From assembly GCA_030141605.1 (NCBI GenBank), contig JAQGDQ010000503.1:1-64000 (forward strand): a stretch of DNA of 64,000 bases. The letters are read 5' to 3'. Origin of the DNA: Tubiluchus corallicola (lineage: Eukaryota; Animalia; Priapulida). Position numbers and translations under genes: made by a program. The notes beneath the pieces are model-generated. The model was not told the DNA's origin and did no database searches. It saw only the letters and a program-made list of their open reading frames with translations. This document shows, piece after piece, positions 1-14,038 of this stretch (positions are counted from its first letter, which is position 1; every line of letters begins with the position of its first letter).

Positions 1-2018
1 TCACACTGCAAATTTGGACCGGGGCATGTGATCACCAGACGCCAAAAATCTGCAAATGATGTTGACGTGCTGAATCTGTAATTTCAAATAGCTGCAACGA
101 CCGCCACGCTAAAAAATCTATAAATAAAATAAAAATTAAATTAAAAGATTACTAAATATATTTCGAGAAAACAAATCACAAAACGTGAATTATTATTACT
201 CCGCCATTCTTGTTTGAAGTTGAATTTCTTTAGTATTTAATGTGAATCATGTGATCATGTCAGCCTATTGGATTGGCAAGAAAGATACACGAGATTTTTC
301 CAATAGGAGTAAAAATTGTAATAGTCAATTCCCGCCAATAGGAAATCATACTCTGTAAACATGTTGCTGGTGTAGATTAGAAATTTTCGTTATATATTTA
401 CTTTATTGAGTTGATGTTGATGTTGATATTCTGTTGATGTTGTTGTTGTTCTTAAATGATAACAATTATTACTGTAACAAAATAATTACTTTCAAGCACA
501 GGCAAGCAGGAGACATGTCAGCAACAAATATAATTATAGTGAACAATAACTTTAGCTGTTAGTAATTATCGGTAACAAAATTGGAATTGCGATATTTATC
601 ATCATTGTTAACACTCGTAGTCGTCATCGTCGTCATCATCATCATTAACAAGAAGATCTGCCATCATCATTACAGTTTTAATTGTTGCTGTAGTGACATT
701 TTTTATTATCCTGATCGTCAATACAGACATCCTTTCATTACTTAGCATCACTGACAATCATACAGCTCAGGAGAATTTTCCACCATCCGCAATGATGAGC
801 AAAAGAAAGAAACTAAATTAATCTACATACTAAGTCACAGAAATTGGATTTAACCTCTTTCTTTTGCTCATTTGCAGATCTCAGATTGAAAAAGTTCATG
901 ATTGGGATTGGTCAAGCTTTTGTTAAGACTAGGATTTCTGCATAGCAAGAATCTAACTTTGCCTGCGATTCCAAGCCTGACATTGTCCTCTTAGGGAGAG
1001 GGATGCCCTGTTTAGAGCCACAGATATAAGGAGTGCAAAGATGGTGAATTATAATTATAGAGAGCATATATTTTGCAAGTGAACAGTGTGTACTTTACTG
1101 ATGGTCACATACTCAGATTCTTTGATCAGCCAGTCACGAGATTCGAACCATTTTTACATTTTCCAGGAAGCACGCCTTTTCCTGGGTATCATTTAATTAT
1201 CATCGTTAATTTTAGATAAATCTGCTACATCTGTGTTTTCGACAACAGCAGCAATAATAAAGCCTCATTAGCAAGCGGGCGATTTACAGGCATCGCACAA
1301 GTGTGAACTAGTTTAAGGGTTATTGTTGGTTAGTTATTTCAAACTCTCCGACAGTTGATGTGAGTTAGTATCCTGTCTGATGCAACTCCTCGGAAAGTTA
1401 CTCTCGACACTTCTTACAGCAAATAGACAGTGAGCGTCAACTCGTGCTAAATTGCTGTCCGAAAGTTATTCGCAGCAAGTTTTGCTCCCGGTCTAGTCTG
1501 AACATGCTGACGAGTTATTTAGCAAGTTACTTAGTGAAAACGCACCGTTTTTGGAACTGTGCATAAGTTCATTTTTAGCGTGAATTAGCAGGTGAATGTC
1601 AGCCTGCCGTAACTGAATTGCAAATGTAACACAGATTTGTAACCCACACAGTTCTGGTGAACAATGAATTCTTTCTGCACGCAGAAAGAATTAATTACGC
1701 ATTTACAGCATGTAGCATTTGCTCATTTTTGCTACATTCTATTTTTGGCTTAAAAACAAAAACAATTTCCTATTGTGACATCATTTTCACTTGCTCTTTG
1801 TAGTTTATTATAGAACGCTCTGTCCTAGTGATTGGCGATTGTAGTTTTCTACTGTACATATTCAAGTAATTTTCGCTTTATTTGCTTACTACGTCATTAC
1901 CTAAGAGGAGTGCAACTCCTTTTACGTTCCATACCTCTTTTTGTTATTCAAAACTTTGTCTTTAAAATATAATCAAACGCGAATATGATCACAGAAAAAT
2001 TGGCTCTTGCATCGCAAT

Positions 2019-2664
2019 ATGAATCTCAGTCCGATTTGGTTGTGTGTTTTAGCGCTGAGTGTTGAATGTGCTACCGGGTTCTCACATATGGACAAACCAT
2101 GTTCTACCAGCCTAGTGCCATTCCGCAAAAGGGTCTCCAACTGCGATTATGTAGTTGGAGGTGATGGTTCTGCAATTTACCAGAACTTTTGCGACGTTTA
2201 CTGCCTTCATGCCACGAAACAAGAACTGAAGGAATGGACTTCAAAACTCGAAGGTCCAATATTACGCCTTTACATTAGTTTTTACAAGGACAATGAACTA
2301 CCCGTGCGATTTTTAAAAGGGTTAAAAGCATCAGTGCGAGACCTGATCGTAAGCTACACACGCCTCCAATCTATAGGAGAAAATGCTATATACTCCGATA
2401 TACAAAATCTGTTTATAGGTTTTAATCACAGACTTAAGTTTATACATAAGAACGCATTCACTCAACTGACTAAGTTACGTACAGTTTCTACTAGTAACAA
2501 TCCTAGCTTGGTGGAATCTGAGTTAAACTTGTCAAACAATCGACTGTTTGCTGTAAATAAAAACAAGCTAGGAAAAACTAAAATGTCAACATTTTATCAA
2601 AACGACGCACACCCATTTCGTCAACCTAAGTTTGGCCATAAATTTTCAACTCTTATGCAACAAG
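2019..2664 (+). CDS. Exon 1 of LRR-Ig-mucin-TM type-I membrane protein (signal peptide, Cys-rich N-cap, a few LRR-like repeats)
   Basis: ATG at 2019 and hydrophobic leader MNLSPIWLCVLALSVECATG. LRR-like segments (VRDLIVSYTRLQSIGENA, IQNLFIGFNHRLKFIHKNAF, LTKLRTVSTSNN, LNLSNNRL). Ends CAAG|GTAAGT, phase 1. Confidence 0.8.
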
Positions 2665-2677
2665 GTAAGTAACACTG

Positions 2678-2955
2678 TTGTTACCAATTTGTTTCAAGTA
2701 GGTATCACATTGATTTACCAATTTGTTTCAAGTAAAGCACACATTTTTGTTACTAATTTGTTTCAAGTAAAGCACACATTTTTGTTACCAATTTGTTTCA
2801 AGTAAAGCACACATTTTTGTTACTAATTTGTTTCAAGTAAAGCACACATTTTTGTTACCAATTTGTTTCAAGTTAAATTATCACATTTTTGTTACCAATT
2901 TGTTTCAAGTAAAGCATCACATTTTTGTTACCAGTTCGTTTCAAGTAAAGCATCA
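2678..2955. repeat. ~35-bp minisatellite (tttttgttaccaatttgtttcaagtaaagcacaca), about 8 copies
   Basis: Direct tandem units just after the exon 1 donor. Confidence 0.9.
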
Positions 2956-3147
2956 GATAAAAGCAGTGTGCAACCGAACACATATTTAGGTCATTGTGCT
3001 TTATATAGATCAAGCTAATTCATTACGATAACTATTGAGACAATCTTAGCATAAACCCAAATGTCAACACTCTTTTTAGAAGTCTCTCTGTAAAGCATTT
3101 GCTGCTCATAGAACTTTGAGAACTATTTTTAAACTAAACCCAAAACA

Positions 3148-5044
<1,897 letters not shown>

Positions 5045-5144
5045 GTAATCATTTTCTGAATGCTATTGTTATTGAATGTTGTACCAGAACAGCAAATTAC
5101 TTCGTTACTTATCTTGCTATTATAAAATGGTTATAAAATAAACT

Positions 5145-5160
5145 TACCTACCTACCAACC

Positions 5161-5200
<40 letters not shown>

Positions 5201-5492
5201 GACTGACTGACTGACTGACTGACTGACTGACTGACTGACTGACTGACTGACTGACTGACTGACTGAGTGTCTGACTGACTGACTGACTGACTGACTGACT
5301 GACTGACTGACTGACTGACTGAATGACTGACTGACTGATTGACTGACTGACTGACTGACTGACTGACTGACTGACTGACTGACTGACTAACAGACTGACT
5401 GACTGACTGACTGACCGACCGACCGACCGACCGACCGACCGACCTACCTACCTACCTACCTACCTACCTACCTACCTACCTACCTACCTACC

Positions 5493-5584
<92 letters not shown>

Positions 5585-5606
5585 CACTCACTCACTCACT
5601 CACTTA
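5145..5606. repeat. Compound tetranucleotide microsatellite (TACC/TACT/GACT/GACC/TACC/TACT/CACT)
   Basis: Read directly from sequence. Confidence 0.95.
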
Positions 5607-5631
5607 CACTTTCACTTTCTGTTTAATTCAG

Positions 5632-5679
5632 GTTCAATAAGGCGGCGGCGTCGAAGCGAAGTCAGTAAACTAAAGACAG
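5632..5679 (+). CDS. Exon 2 (48-nt micro-exon, GSIRRRRRSEVSKLKT) of LRR-Ig-TM gene
   Basis: Pyrimidine tract then ttcag| acceptor and ACAG|GTAAC donor. Phase 1-1 and open, so it fits both neighbouring exons. Confidence 0.65.
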
Positions 5680-6410
5680 GTAACTTTAACTGTTTAACAT
5701 TTACATTTATTCATTATACTTTAAAGCATAAAGCGTTAAAATAAAATTAATTTAAAAAATCAGAAACACAGCTTTAGCTCATACACTGAATTGTCTGCTG
5801 AATTCTAACGATTTGTTGCTAAATTCTGCTAACTTTTAGATGCTTTAATGAACAGTTTTGTTTGAAACCGTTCAGTAGTAAATTACATTTTGAAGAAGTT
5901 AAATTCGCCAAATATGGATAATTCTATATTGATATTGATAATCATGTGGGTAATCATAGCCACATGATTGTGGCTATCTATATATATATGTGACTATAAT
6001 CATATATGTATGAAAATATATATATATGCTATGATTACTCACATGATTCTCAATATCAATAACTGACTGACTGACTGAATGACTGACTATATATATATAT
6101 ATATATACAAATATTGTAATGTATTTAACTTCATGAGGTTTCTTGTATATAATGTGCATATTATGTGACTTAACCTCCCTTCACTAACCTGCACCTCTAA
6201 TCGCATTCTTCGCTATACACACCCTAATTTTACACTCTGCCTTGTAACTCTTTCTCACGTTCAATGTTGTGCATAAACGATTTTCTTTCTGCACAAATTG
6301 AAGTATTTTATTGTAAACAATTAGTTTTTTGGCATTATTTGGCATTAGTCAATTTGTTTCGTACCATTGAAAGTAGATTGCTTTTGTGAGAAATAGATCT
6401 ATATAATAAC

Positions 6411-6712
6411 ATAGTTTTACTCGTCAAATGTAGACACAGGAAAGTTCAAATGTGACTTAGGTAAGCCAAATGTAGACACAGGAATTTCAAATGTGTTTTG
6501 GTAACTCAACTGTGACTTAGGTAAGTCAAATGTAGACATAGGACATTTGACTTGACACGTGTCTACATTTGACTTACGAAAAACGCTTAAGATTTGTTGA
6601 AAACCATTGTTAACACATTTGAACTGCCTAAGTCTACATTTGAGTTACCAAAACACGTTTGAATTACCTAAATTTGACTTAACGTAGGTCTACATTTGAC
6701 GTGTAAAACCTA
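6411..6712. mobile_element. MITE family A (TIR GGTTTTACACGTCAAATGTAGAC, TA-flanked), copy 1
   Basis: Inverted termini and internal aaatgtagac/gtctacattt subrepeats; further copies at 9508-9822 and about 9950-10128. Confidence 0.75.
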
Positions 6713-6758
6713 TATAAAATCAATAAAAATAGATAAGTAAAAAACTTTGATACCTTAG

Positions 6759-7142
6759 TTACACTGGATCTGGAAGAGTATAGAATAGATGAGGACAATT
6801 ATACAAGCGTGGTGCGTGATGGTGCTGACGTCAGAGTAACACGTGGATTCTGCTTAGCATCTGATATCGAATACGAAGACCTAAGATGGATTTGGGATGA
6901 AGGAAAAGTAACTTTAGATATTTTATCTGCTAATCCTTCCTATGACAATCGTTTCTGGGGTAGTGTAAGGCTTGAACTAAGCACACCAAAACTGAAATGT
7001 TATGTGGCAACATTGGTGATCGAATCAGCCACATTGGCAGACTCTGGCAACTACACACTTGAAATGAGTACCTACCATTATTTGCGTGACTTTACTATCA
7101 AGGTAGATGTTGGGAAACTCTTCACAACGACCCAGCCACCAG
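6759..7142 (+). CDS. Exon 3 (Ig-like domain) of LRR-Ig-TM gene
   Basis: ccttag| acceptor and CCAG|GTACGT donor, phase 1-1. Ig hallmarks: FCLAS, LRWIW, ATLVIESATLADSGNYTL. Confidence 0.8.
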
Positions 7143-7224
7143 GTACGTTTGATTTGATACAATTCGAAACCCTTTTTCCACAGATCAAATTTTGGTATTG
7201 TTTGCTTCGTTTATTGATTAATTT

Positions 7225-7252
7225 CTTTGTTTGTTTGTTGTTTGTTTGTCTA

Positions 7253-7289
<37 letters not shown>

Positions 7290-7345
7290 ATATCTGTTTG
7301 TCTGTCTGTCTGTCCGTCCGTCCGTCCGTCCATCCGTCTGTCTGT
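7225..7345. repeat. (TTTG)/(TCTG)/(TCCG) microsatellite
   Basis: Read directly. Confidence 0.9.
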
Positions 7346-8189
7346 GTTTTCTCATTTGTTTGCTTGTTTTTTGCTCGACTAGTTTGTTTTTTATTAATGT
7401 GTGACCAAATAAGCATTGTGTTATCGATCATATCAAAAAGTAGGTAAAGAGTGAAACGTTTCTTGCGTGTGGCAAGAGCCAGCCACGCATCAACCAGCCT
7501 TGAACTTATTTTCCACAAGTTAGAAAGAGCTAGAAAAGGTTTATAAGTTATTTTAATTGTTCCAAAAATGTAGCGTGGATCGCGCAAATAGGCCTTAAAG
7601 AACAAGAAAAGGTGTCCATGAGGTTTCAGAAAAATCGTCTTAAAAATTTACATTACTTTCCAGCAAATTTATGCTTATATCGTACTCGTGCTAAAAAGAA
7701 TTTTTGATTGTTTTCGTTTTAAATCTCCTGCAACCAAACGCATTACATGACGTCACCTAAGCACAATGTAAATCATGGCAAGAAAAGACAATGTTAAACT
7801 GTCCCAAAAAGACTTTCCATGCAAAGTTATATTACTTAGCATTTCACTTACCTGCTTGAAAGACTTATGTAACTAGAAAAGAAAATTATTATTTTTTTAA
7901 AATATTTTCATCAATTGCTAAAGTGTCGCTGACTCACCCTCCAGGGTGCACCACCCACTAACAAAAAGGTATTTTTAATCTTATTGACAAGATGCAGTAA
8001 ATTAAAATTTTCCTGAGTTACTGAAGTATACGCAACGAATGCTCTCATTATTTTTTCAAACCTTACACAATGTTTTCTAAACTTGTTTCCAATGACCTTT
8101 CGTCAAAATAGGTTTAACGGTCATCGCGGGAGTTTTACTATACCTGTTTTATACAGCGTGACTGCCGATTGAGGTCCTGTATGCAAAAA

Positions 8190-8937
8190 TACAGTATGTA
8201 TGTGGCATAAAATTTCAAAGACAGTATGTAAGTGGCATAAAATTTCAAAGACAGTATGTAAGTGGTATAAAATTTCAAAGACAGTATGTAAGTGGCATAA
8301 AATTCAAAGACAGTATGTAAGTGGTATAAAATTTCAAAGACAGTACGCAAGTGGTATAAAATTTCAAAGACAGTATGTAAGTGGCATAAATTTCAAAGAC
8401 AATATGTAAGTGGTATAAAATTCAAAGACAGTATGTAAGTGGTATAAAATTTCAAAGACAGTATGTAAGTGGTATAAAATTTCAAAGACAGTATGTAAGT
8501 GGTATAAAATTTCAAAGACAGTATGTAAGTGGTATAAAATTTCAAAGACAGTATGTAAGTGGTATAAAATTTCAAAGACAATATGTAAGTGGTATAAAAT
8601 TTCAAGGACAGTATGTAAGTGGTATAAAATTCAAAGACAGTATGTAAGTGGTATAAAATTTCAAAGACAGTATGTAAGTGGTATAAAATTTCAAAGACAG
8701 TATGTAAGTGGTATAAAATTTCAAAGACAATATGTAAGTGGTATAAAATTTCAAAGACAATATGTAAGTGGTATAAAATTTCAAAGACAATATGTAAGTG
8801 GTATAAAATTTCAAGGACAGTATGTAAGTGGTATAAAATTTCAAGGACAGTATGTAAGTGGTATAAAATTTCAAAGACAGTATGTAAGTGGCATAAAATT
8901 TCAAGACAGTATGTAAGTGGCATAAAATTTCAAGACA
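8190..8937. repeat. 30-bp minisatellite (aagacagtatgtaagtggtataaaatttca), about 25 copies
   Basis: Head-to-tail units with no spacers. Confidence 0.95.
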
Positions 8938-9071
8938 ATTTTTTAAGCTTGATATAAGTGGAGGGTTTCCTTGAGCTTTAACACATAAACATCAAGTCAC
9001 CTTATCGTCTCGTTGCAGCCATTTAAGATTATGTAGACATGTAGATCTAGAGTCAAACGTTTTTTTTACAG

Positions 9072-9218
9072 TCACAACTACAACTACAACAACAACCACC
9101 ACCACAACAACAACAACTACTACTACTACTACTACAACGACCAGGCCTACGACGACTACTCCAACCACTACACCACCATCGACAACGACAACCTCGGATG
9201 ATCTAGAAGAGGTGAAAG
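9072..9218 (+). CDS. Exon 4 (Thr/Pro-rich mucin-like stalk) of LRR-Ig-TM gene
   Basis: T-tract then acag| acceptor and AAAG|GTAAGT donor, phase 1-1. Poly-Thr uses mixed ACA/ACT/ACC/ACG codons and ends SDDLEEVK. Confidence 0.8.
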
Positions 9219-9507
9219 GTAAGTAAAAATAAAAAGTTCATTCACCAGAATCAAAATTTTGTAATTTGTGTTTCCAGGTTACACTAGTCTGGATCTAGTG
9301 ATCTATTATGTAACAATCTGTAGCCCATTTTGTAGCAAACACGTCAAAATTTACACCATGGAAGAAAAAAATCGACAATCGATAAAGAATCATAATTACA
9401 TTTCTTCTGAATACAAAATATTGACGTTTTACATCAAGGGCAGCAAAATGTTTAGCAGTTCATTAGAATGACACCTCGCATCAGTAAATATTGGATCTCC
9501 TAAATGT

Positions 9508-10128
9508 GTAGGTTTTACACGTCGGACACTATAGGTAGACACAGGAAAGTTCAAATGTGACTTATGTAAGTAAAATGTAGACATAGGAATTTCGAATGTG
9601 TTTTGGTAACTCAAATGTGACTTAGGTAAGTCAAATGTAGACATAGGACATTTGACTTGACATGCGTCTACATTTGATTTAAAAAAACCATTTAAGATTT
9701 CTTGAAAACCATTGTTAACACATTTGAACTACCTAAATCTACATTTGAGTTACCAAGACACATTTGAATTACCTAAATCTACATTTGAGCTAACGCGGTC
9801 TACATTTGACATGTAAAACCTATATTAGTAGCCCTATAAAGTTATTATTTAAGCACCAATGATTAAATTAAGATTAAAGGAGATTAAATTTTACTTCCTT
9901 AAGCTTTACCACCTATCCACATTTGAGATACCAATGTCACATTTGGCTTGAAATGTGTCTACATTTGACTTTACAAAAACGCTTAAGATTTCTTGAAAAC
10001 CATTGTTAATACACTTGGTTCCTGGTACCTGAACTACCTAAGTCTACATTTGAGTTACCAAGACACATTTGAATTACCTAAATGTACATTTGAGTTAACG
10101 CAGGTCTACATTTGACATGTAAAACCTA
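9508..10128. mobile_element. MITE family A, copy 2 (9508-9822) plus a partial right-half copy (about 9950-10128)
   Basis: Near-identical to 6411-6712; both end gtctacatttgacatgtaaaaccta. Confidence 0.75.
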
Positions 10129-10602
10129 TTTCAACGCATCATCTGCTCATGCACAATGTGGAGAACAATTATGACCTTCAAATTTAATTCATTATTGTTC
10201 GAAACTATTTACTTTCAAATGTTGAAAACTGATTTATTCGGTCAATTTTATCATCTAAATTGAAATTGCTTATGGCCTTGAGTGATACTTTCTTCACATG
10301 AAAACCTCATTATGAGTATTTTTACTGTGATTATCCTCATGATTATCAATACCAAAAATAGAATTATCCATATTTTGGCGAATATATCTTTTTCAAAATG
10401 AAATTTGCTGCCGAACAAACAAACAAAACTGTTCGTTATCAAAGCATCTAAAAATTACAAAAAATTAGAACATATTGGTACAATTCAGTGAATCATACCC
10501 CACTCTTGCATCGTCAAGCATTTAATCTTGAATTATTAATTGAATAATTTAAGCACTAATTTAGTCAAAAACACTTTTCACATAGCATTCCTTTACTTGT
10601 AG

Positions 10603-10716
10603 CGCCTGAATTTAACACAAGATCTGCCCTAAAATGGATTATAATAATAGGCTGCCTTCTGGCTTTTCTACTGATTGCTCTAATCATATGGGCTGTACTT
10701 AGTGGAAAGAAAAAGA
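10603..10716 (+). CDS. Exon 5 (transmembrane helix) of LRR-Ig-TM gene
   Basis: ttgtag| acceptor and A|GTAAGT donor, phase 1-1. Encodes APEFNTRSALK-WIIIIGCLLAFLLIALIIWAVL-SGKKK. Confidence 0.8.
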
Positions 10717-11187
10717 GTAAGTAGCTTGGTCATTTCTGATTATTAGTTTATCGCATACATTGCTTATCTTATTTCACTATGTATTTCAATACTTTTACAT
10801 TGTTAGCTCTTAACTGTAAATGATTTGTCATGAGGTTTGTTTTACTGTACCTAATAATTTAGATTTTTTTATTTAAATTACTGCCATCAAACCACTTTGT
10901 AGGTTGCCAGTTGCTTGTAAAAGGATGTTTTTGATTGAGTTATCGTTTGTTCCAAACATAATTGTTCATACTTGTATTAACAAATACAACGCAATAAATA
11001 GCAAACACATAAACTTGCAAAGCTACACACCTGTACAATATTTACACTTTGGACGTGACGAACAGGCTTAATTTTGTTTTGGTTAAAAAGTTGCGTTATA
11101 CTTGCTGTTAGATACTAATTGTCCTAGCACTTAACTAAATTCTAAATTGCAATCCTCGTTGTTTTGTTTAAATAATAATAATAATAA

Positions 11188-11239
<52 letters not shown>

Positions 11240-11580
11240 TTAGGGTTTAACTGCAGAAGGATTTTTTTGTTTATTTGTTCAATGTTTTTTTTGCGCATTT
11301 TTCTCTCAATAATTGCAATGTATTTCGGGTCGTCGAAGATTTTTAACTAGCAAAGACATCGACACCTCGAAATACTACTGAACTGGTTAATTAAGCACAA
11401 GACAGGCTTGATTAACAGACAAATTCAATATTTTGGTTACCTGACGACAGCCAGTCATAAGAGTACATACAGGAATATTTTAATCGAGGCTAAGCCTTGT
11501 GTAGCCGTTCTGCTTGTTAAAGACCAACATACTTATTATAGAACTATTCCACTAATTCAGTTTTCAAATTCTTTTCGCAG

Positions 11581-11642
11581 GAAGACGCAGTACAAGACCC
11601 TCGGAAGGCAGTGACTCATCGTCGGGTACAGACTCTCTATGA
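11581..11642 (+). CDS. Exon 6 (cytoplasmic tail and stop) of LRR-Ig-TM gene
   Basis: ttcttttcgcag| acceptor. Phase 1 gives RRRSTRPSEGSDSSSGTDSL*, TGA at 11640-11642. Confidence 0.7.
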
Positions 11643-11712
11643 CGTAACTATATTATACCTACGTGTGTTACAAAAAGTGTAAAGTTTTTACTAGTCACTT
11701 GGGTCGATGTAA

Positions 11713-14038
11713 CTACACTCATATCTCGGTTTGCCGGACCTCGCTTTTACGGATATCGGATAATTCCTACAAAATTCGCTCCTAGGAAAGTCTGGCATAC
11801 TACGGACAAAGTCCGTTATTTCGCGAGGTGGCCGCTAGTTAGCGGGCCATCACTTTGTTTACATCCAAACAACAAGTATCGACACGTGTGTAGCTCAGCA
11901 CGTTTCAGCATGTTTAGTGGTTTAATCAGTGTGTACAGAGTTATTTGAGTCAATTGCTGACAGTTTTATCACTTCCTTATTTTGTGATCGTATAGTATTC
12001 AAGTGATTTGTATAATAATTTAATCGATTCGCTTCCTATATAATTAATCGCTACAAGGTGATTTATCACCCGGCTCCTAGGGCTTTAGATGAGTCTATCG
12101 GGCGATAATATGGTCCTTCAAGACTGACACTTCGACCTCGCGTTGTGAGTAAGGTCTTTGACCCTAAAGCTATCTAGCCTAGCTCCCGCAATTGAACTTC
12201 ATATGATTAATTAATAATTAATGCAATGCGAATCTACAGGATCGTATGTCAGATTTAGTGTTGCTTAACTTCATACACTTTAAAGCATACATAAACTCAT
12301 ACGTTACGTCAAAGTGAATCAGCTTTATTTGTTTACAAATTTACTTCTACCTAGGTGGCTACACAAGATTTGTCCTTACATGCTTGTAGGCGTTCACAAC
12401 TAATGTATAGCTCCAAAAAGATACTCAAGCAATTCACTTAACAATTATTCAGTATGCTGCACTTAAGGTGCTTAATACAATGTGAACTACAGTTATGCAG
12501 AGTTACTCTCAGTTACAAATGCGTTAAGATTACTTAACTCGGTGGAATGACCACAATGCAACTCTCGTACACTTGGTCAACTCCAATGATATTGTGAGAC
12601 TATTCGTCGATCCAGTGCCCAGTCGATCTGCTGAGGACGTAGAACTGTTCCACACTGGTGTCAAACGATGTCTCCTGCTCCCTGTCAGATTCCCTGTGTC
12701 GCCTCTCTCTGGCTCCTGACTCTCTCATGTCCGCTCACTGACTCACGCCCGACTAACTGACTCCTCGTGTTCCCAACTCCGAGCTTATATCTTGAAGATC
12801 TTGGCCTTGCGTAATGCGTGCCCAAACGCAATCAGGTGAAAGGTGACATCCCTGGCTTAACCCTGGTATCCCCTGCCAAGAAGTTTACGATCAACCAGGT
12901 GGCTTAAGAATTCCTCCGCTGCGTGGGAAACGTCCTACACTCCAGGTCTGTCTTCAGAATTTCTTCTCCTGATGTCTTTGCACAAGCTTGGCGTCGGCCA
13001 TAAAACTTCTCTTCCAAAGAAATTTGCCTATTGCGACTTTCTTGTTAATTATGTGCAACTCTGCATAATGTTATAAAGAACGATTACATTCTTTTGCGTA
13101 AGGCTATAAAGAGCGATTACCTACGCTGCATAAGGCTATAAAGCAAGATTGCGTCCTCACTTAATAGACACCTGTTTACCTTCAGTAAACGATAAAAAAA
13201 CACAACTGCGGAATAATTTGCATCGCATTAAATCCCGTGCCTTACCAGCTGGGTGAGTTCCTATTATCAATCAATAAATTTATCTTATCAAATCAGGGAG
13301 GTATTCGATTTATCAACTGAATCTAATTCAGTTGATAATTCCATTAATTTATCACCAAATTACCGATTCATAAATTTATTCACGACAGTTTTCATATACT
13401 TTTGCATAGGAGCGGCCCGTACTAGATGTATTTGAGACAATAGTAATATAGTTCGGTTAATGTTTGTTTATTTTGTGGTTAAAGCTGCTCGCTGATTATT
13501 GTTGTTTATAGCGTGGCGTGTGAGTAGCCAGGACGGGCAAGGCAAACTATCAAGACTTGAGTTAAGGAGCAACACATTTATTATATTGTGGCAAACACAA
13601 CACAGTAAATACCATAGGATAGTAATGCCAGCCCTTCGTCTACAAAGTCAATTCCTCATCTCCCCCGAGGGAGGAAACACTTTTGACTAACTCTCTAATG
13701 CGCCGTGAGCTTCTGCGCATAAGGAAGGGTTTCATCAGCATGAGTCAGTCAGCCGGTTGAAGTTCGGCTGGTCACGTGATGCCACACCTAACTAGGCTTC
13801 TTGTCAAGCATTTAATCTTGAGTTGCTAAGTTAAATAATATAATCGCCAATTTCATCAAAATCATTATTTAACACAGCTTCCCTTTACTATAATTACAAA
13901 CGATTGATTCTACATTACCATGAGTCTAATACGGCGCCTAGGCAGCTACTATAATTAGCATTAATATCGGAAAATACGGGCAATCGTTAAACACGGACCA
14001 ACGTCTCTGCGCTTTTGTCCGGCAAACCGAGATATGGG
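11713..14038. mobile_element. MITE family B (TIR CACTCATATCTCGGTTTGCCGGAC) expanded by nested insertions
   Basis: Inverted termini. Segments 11713-11967, 13384-13441 and about 13900-14038 are colinear with the reverse complement of the compact copy at 51190-51616. Confidence 0.7.
11968..13383 (-). mobile_element. Nested ~1.4-kb insertion, possibly solo-LTR-like
   Basis: Absent from the compact MITE-B copy; gacagtttt occurs on both sides (11959-11967, 13384-13392). Minus-strand TATA-like (about 12785) and AATAAA (about 12325) signals; no ORF. Confidence 0.4.

Noticed and set aside
7143-7605. Hydrophobic C-terminal extension of ORF 6809-7447 and the antisense ORF
   Set aside because: Read-through past a good donor into (TCTG)n repeats; the TM is supplied by exon 5. 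An intron-retained isoform cannot be fully excluded.
8138-8923. Repetitive ORFs and CRISPR-like 30-bp periodicity
   Set aside because: Head-to-tail minisatellite with no unique spacers and no cas genes, in a eukaryotic intron.
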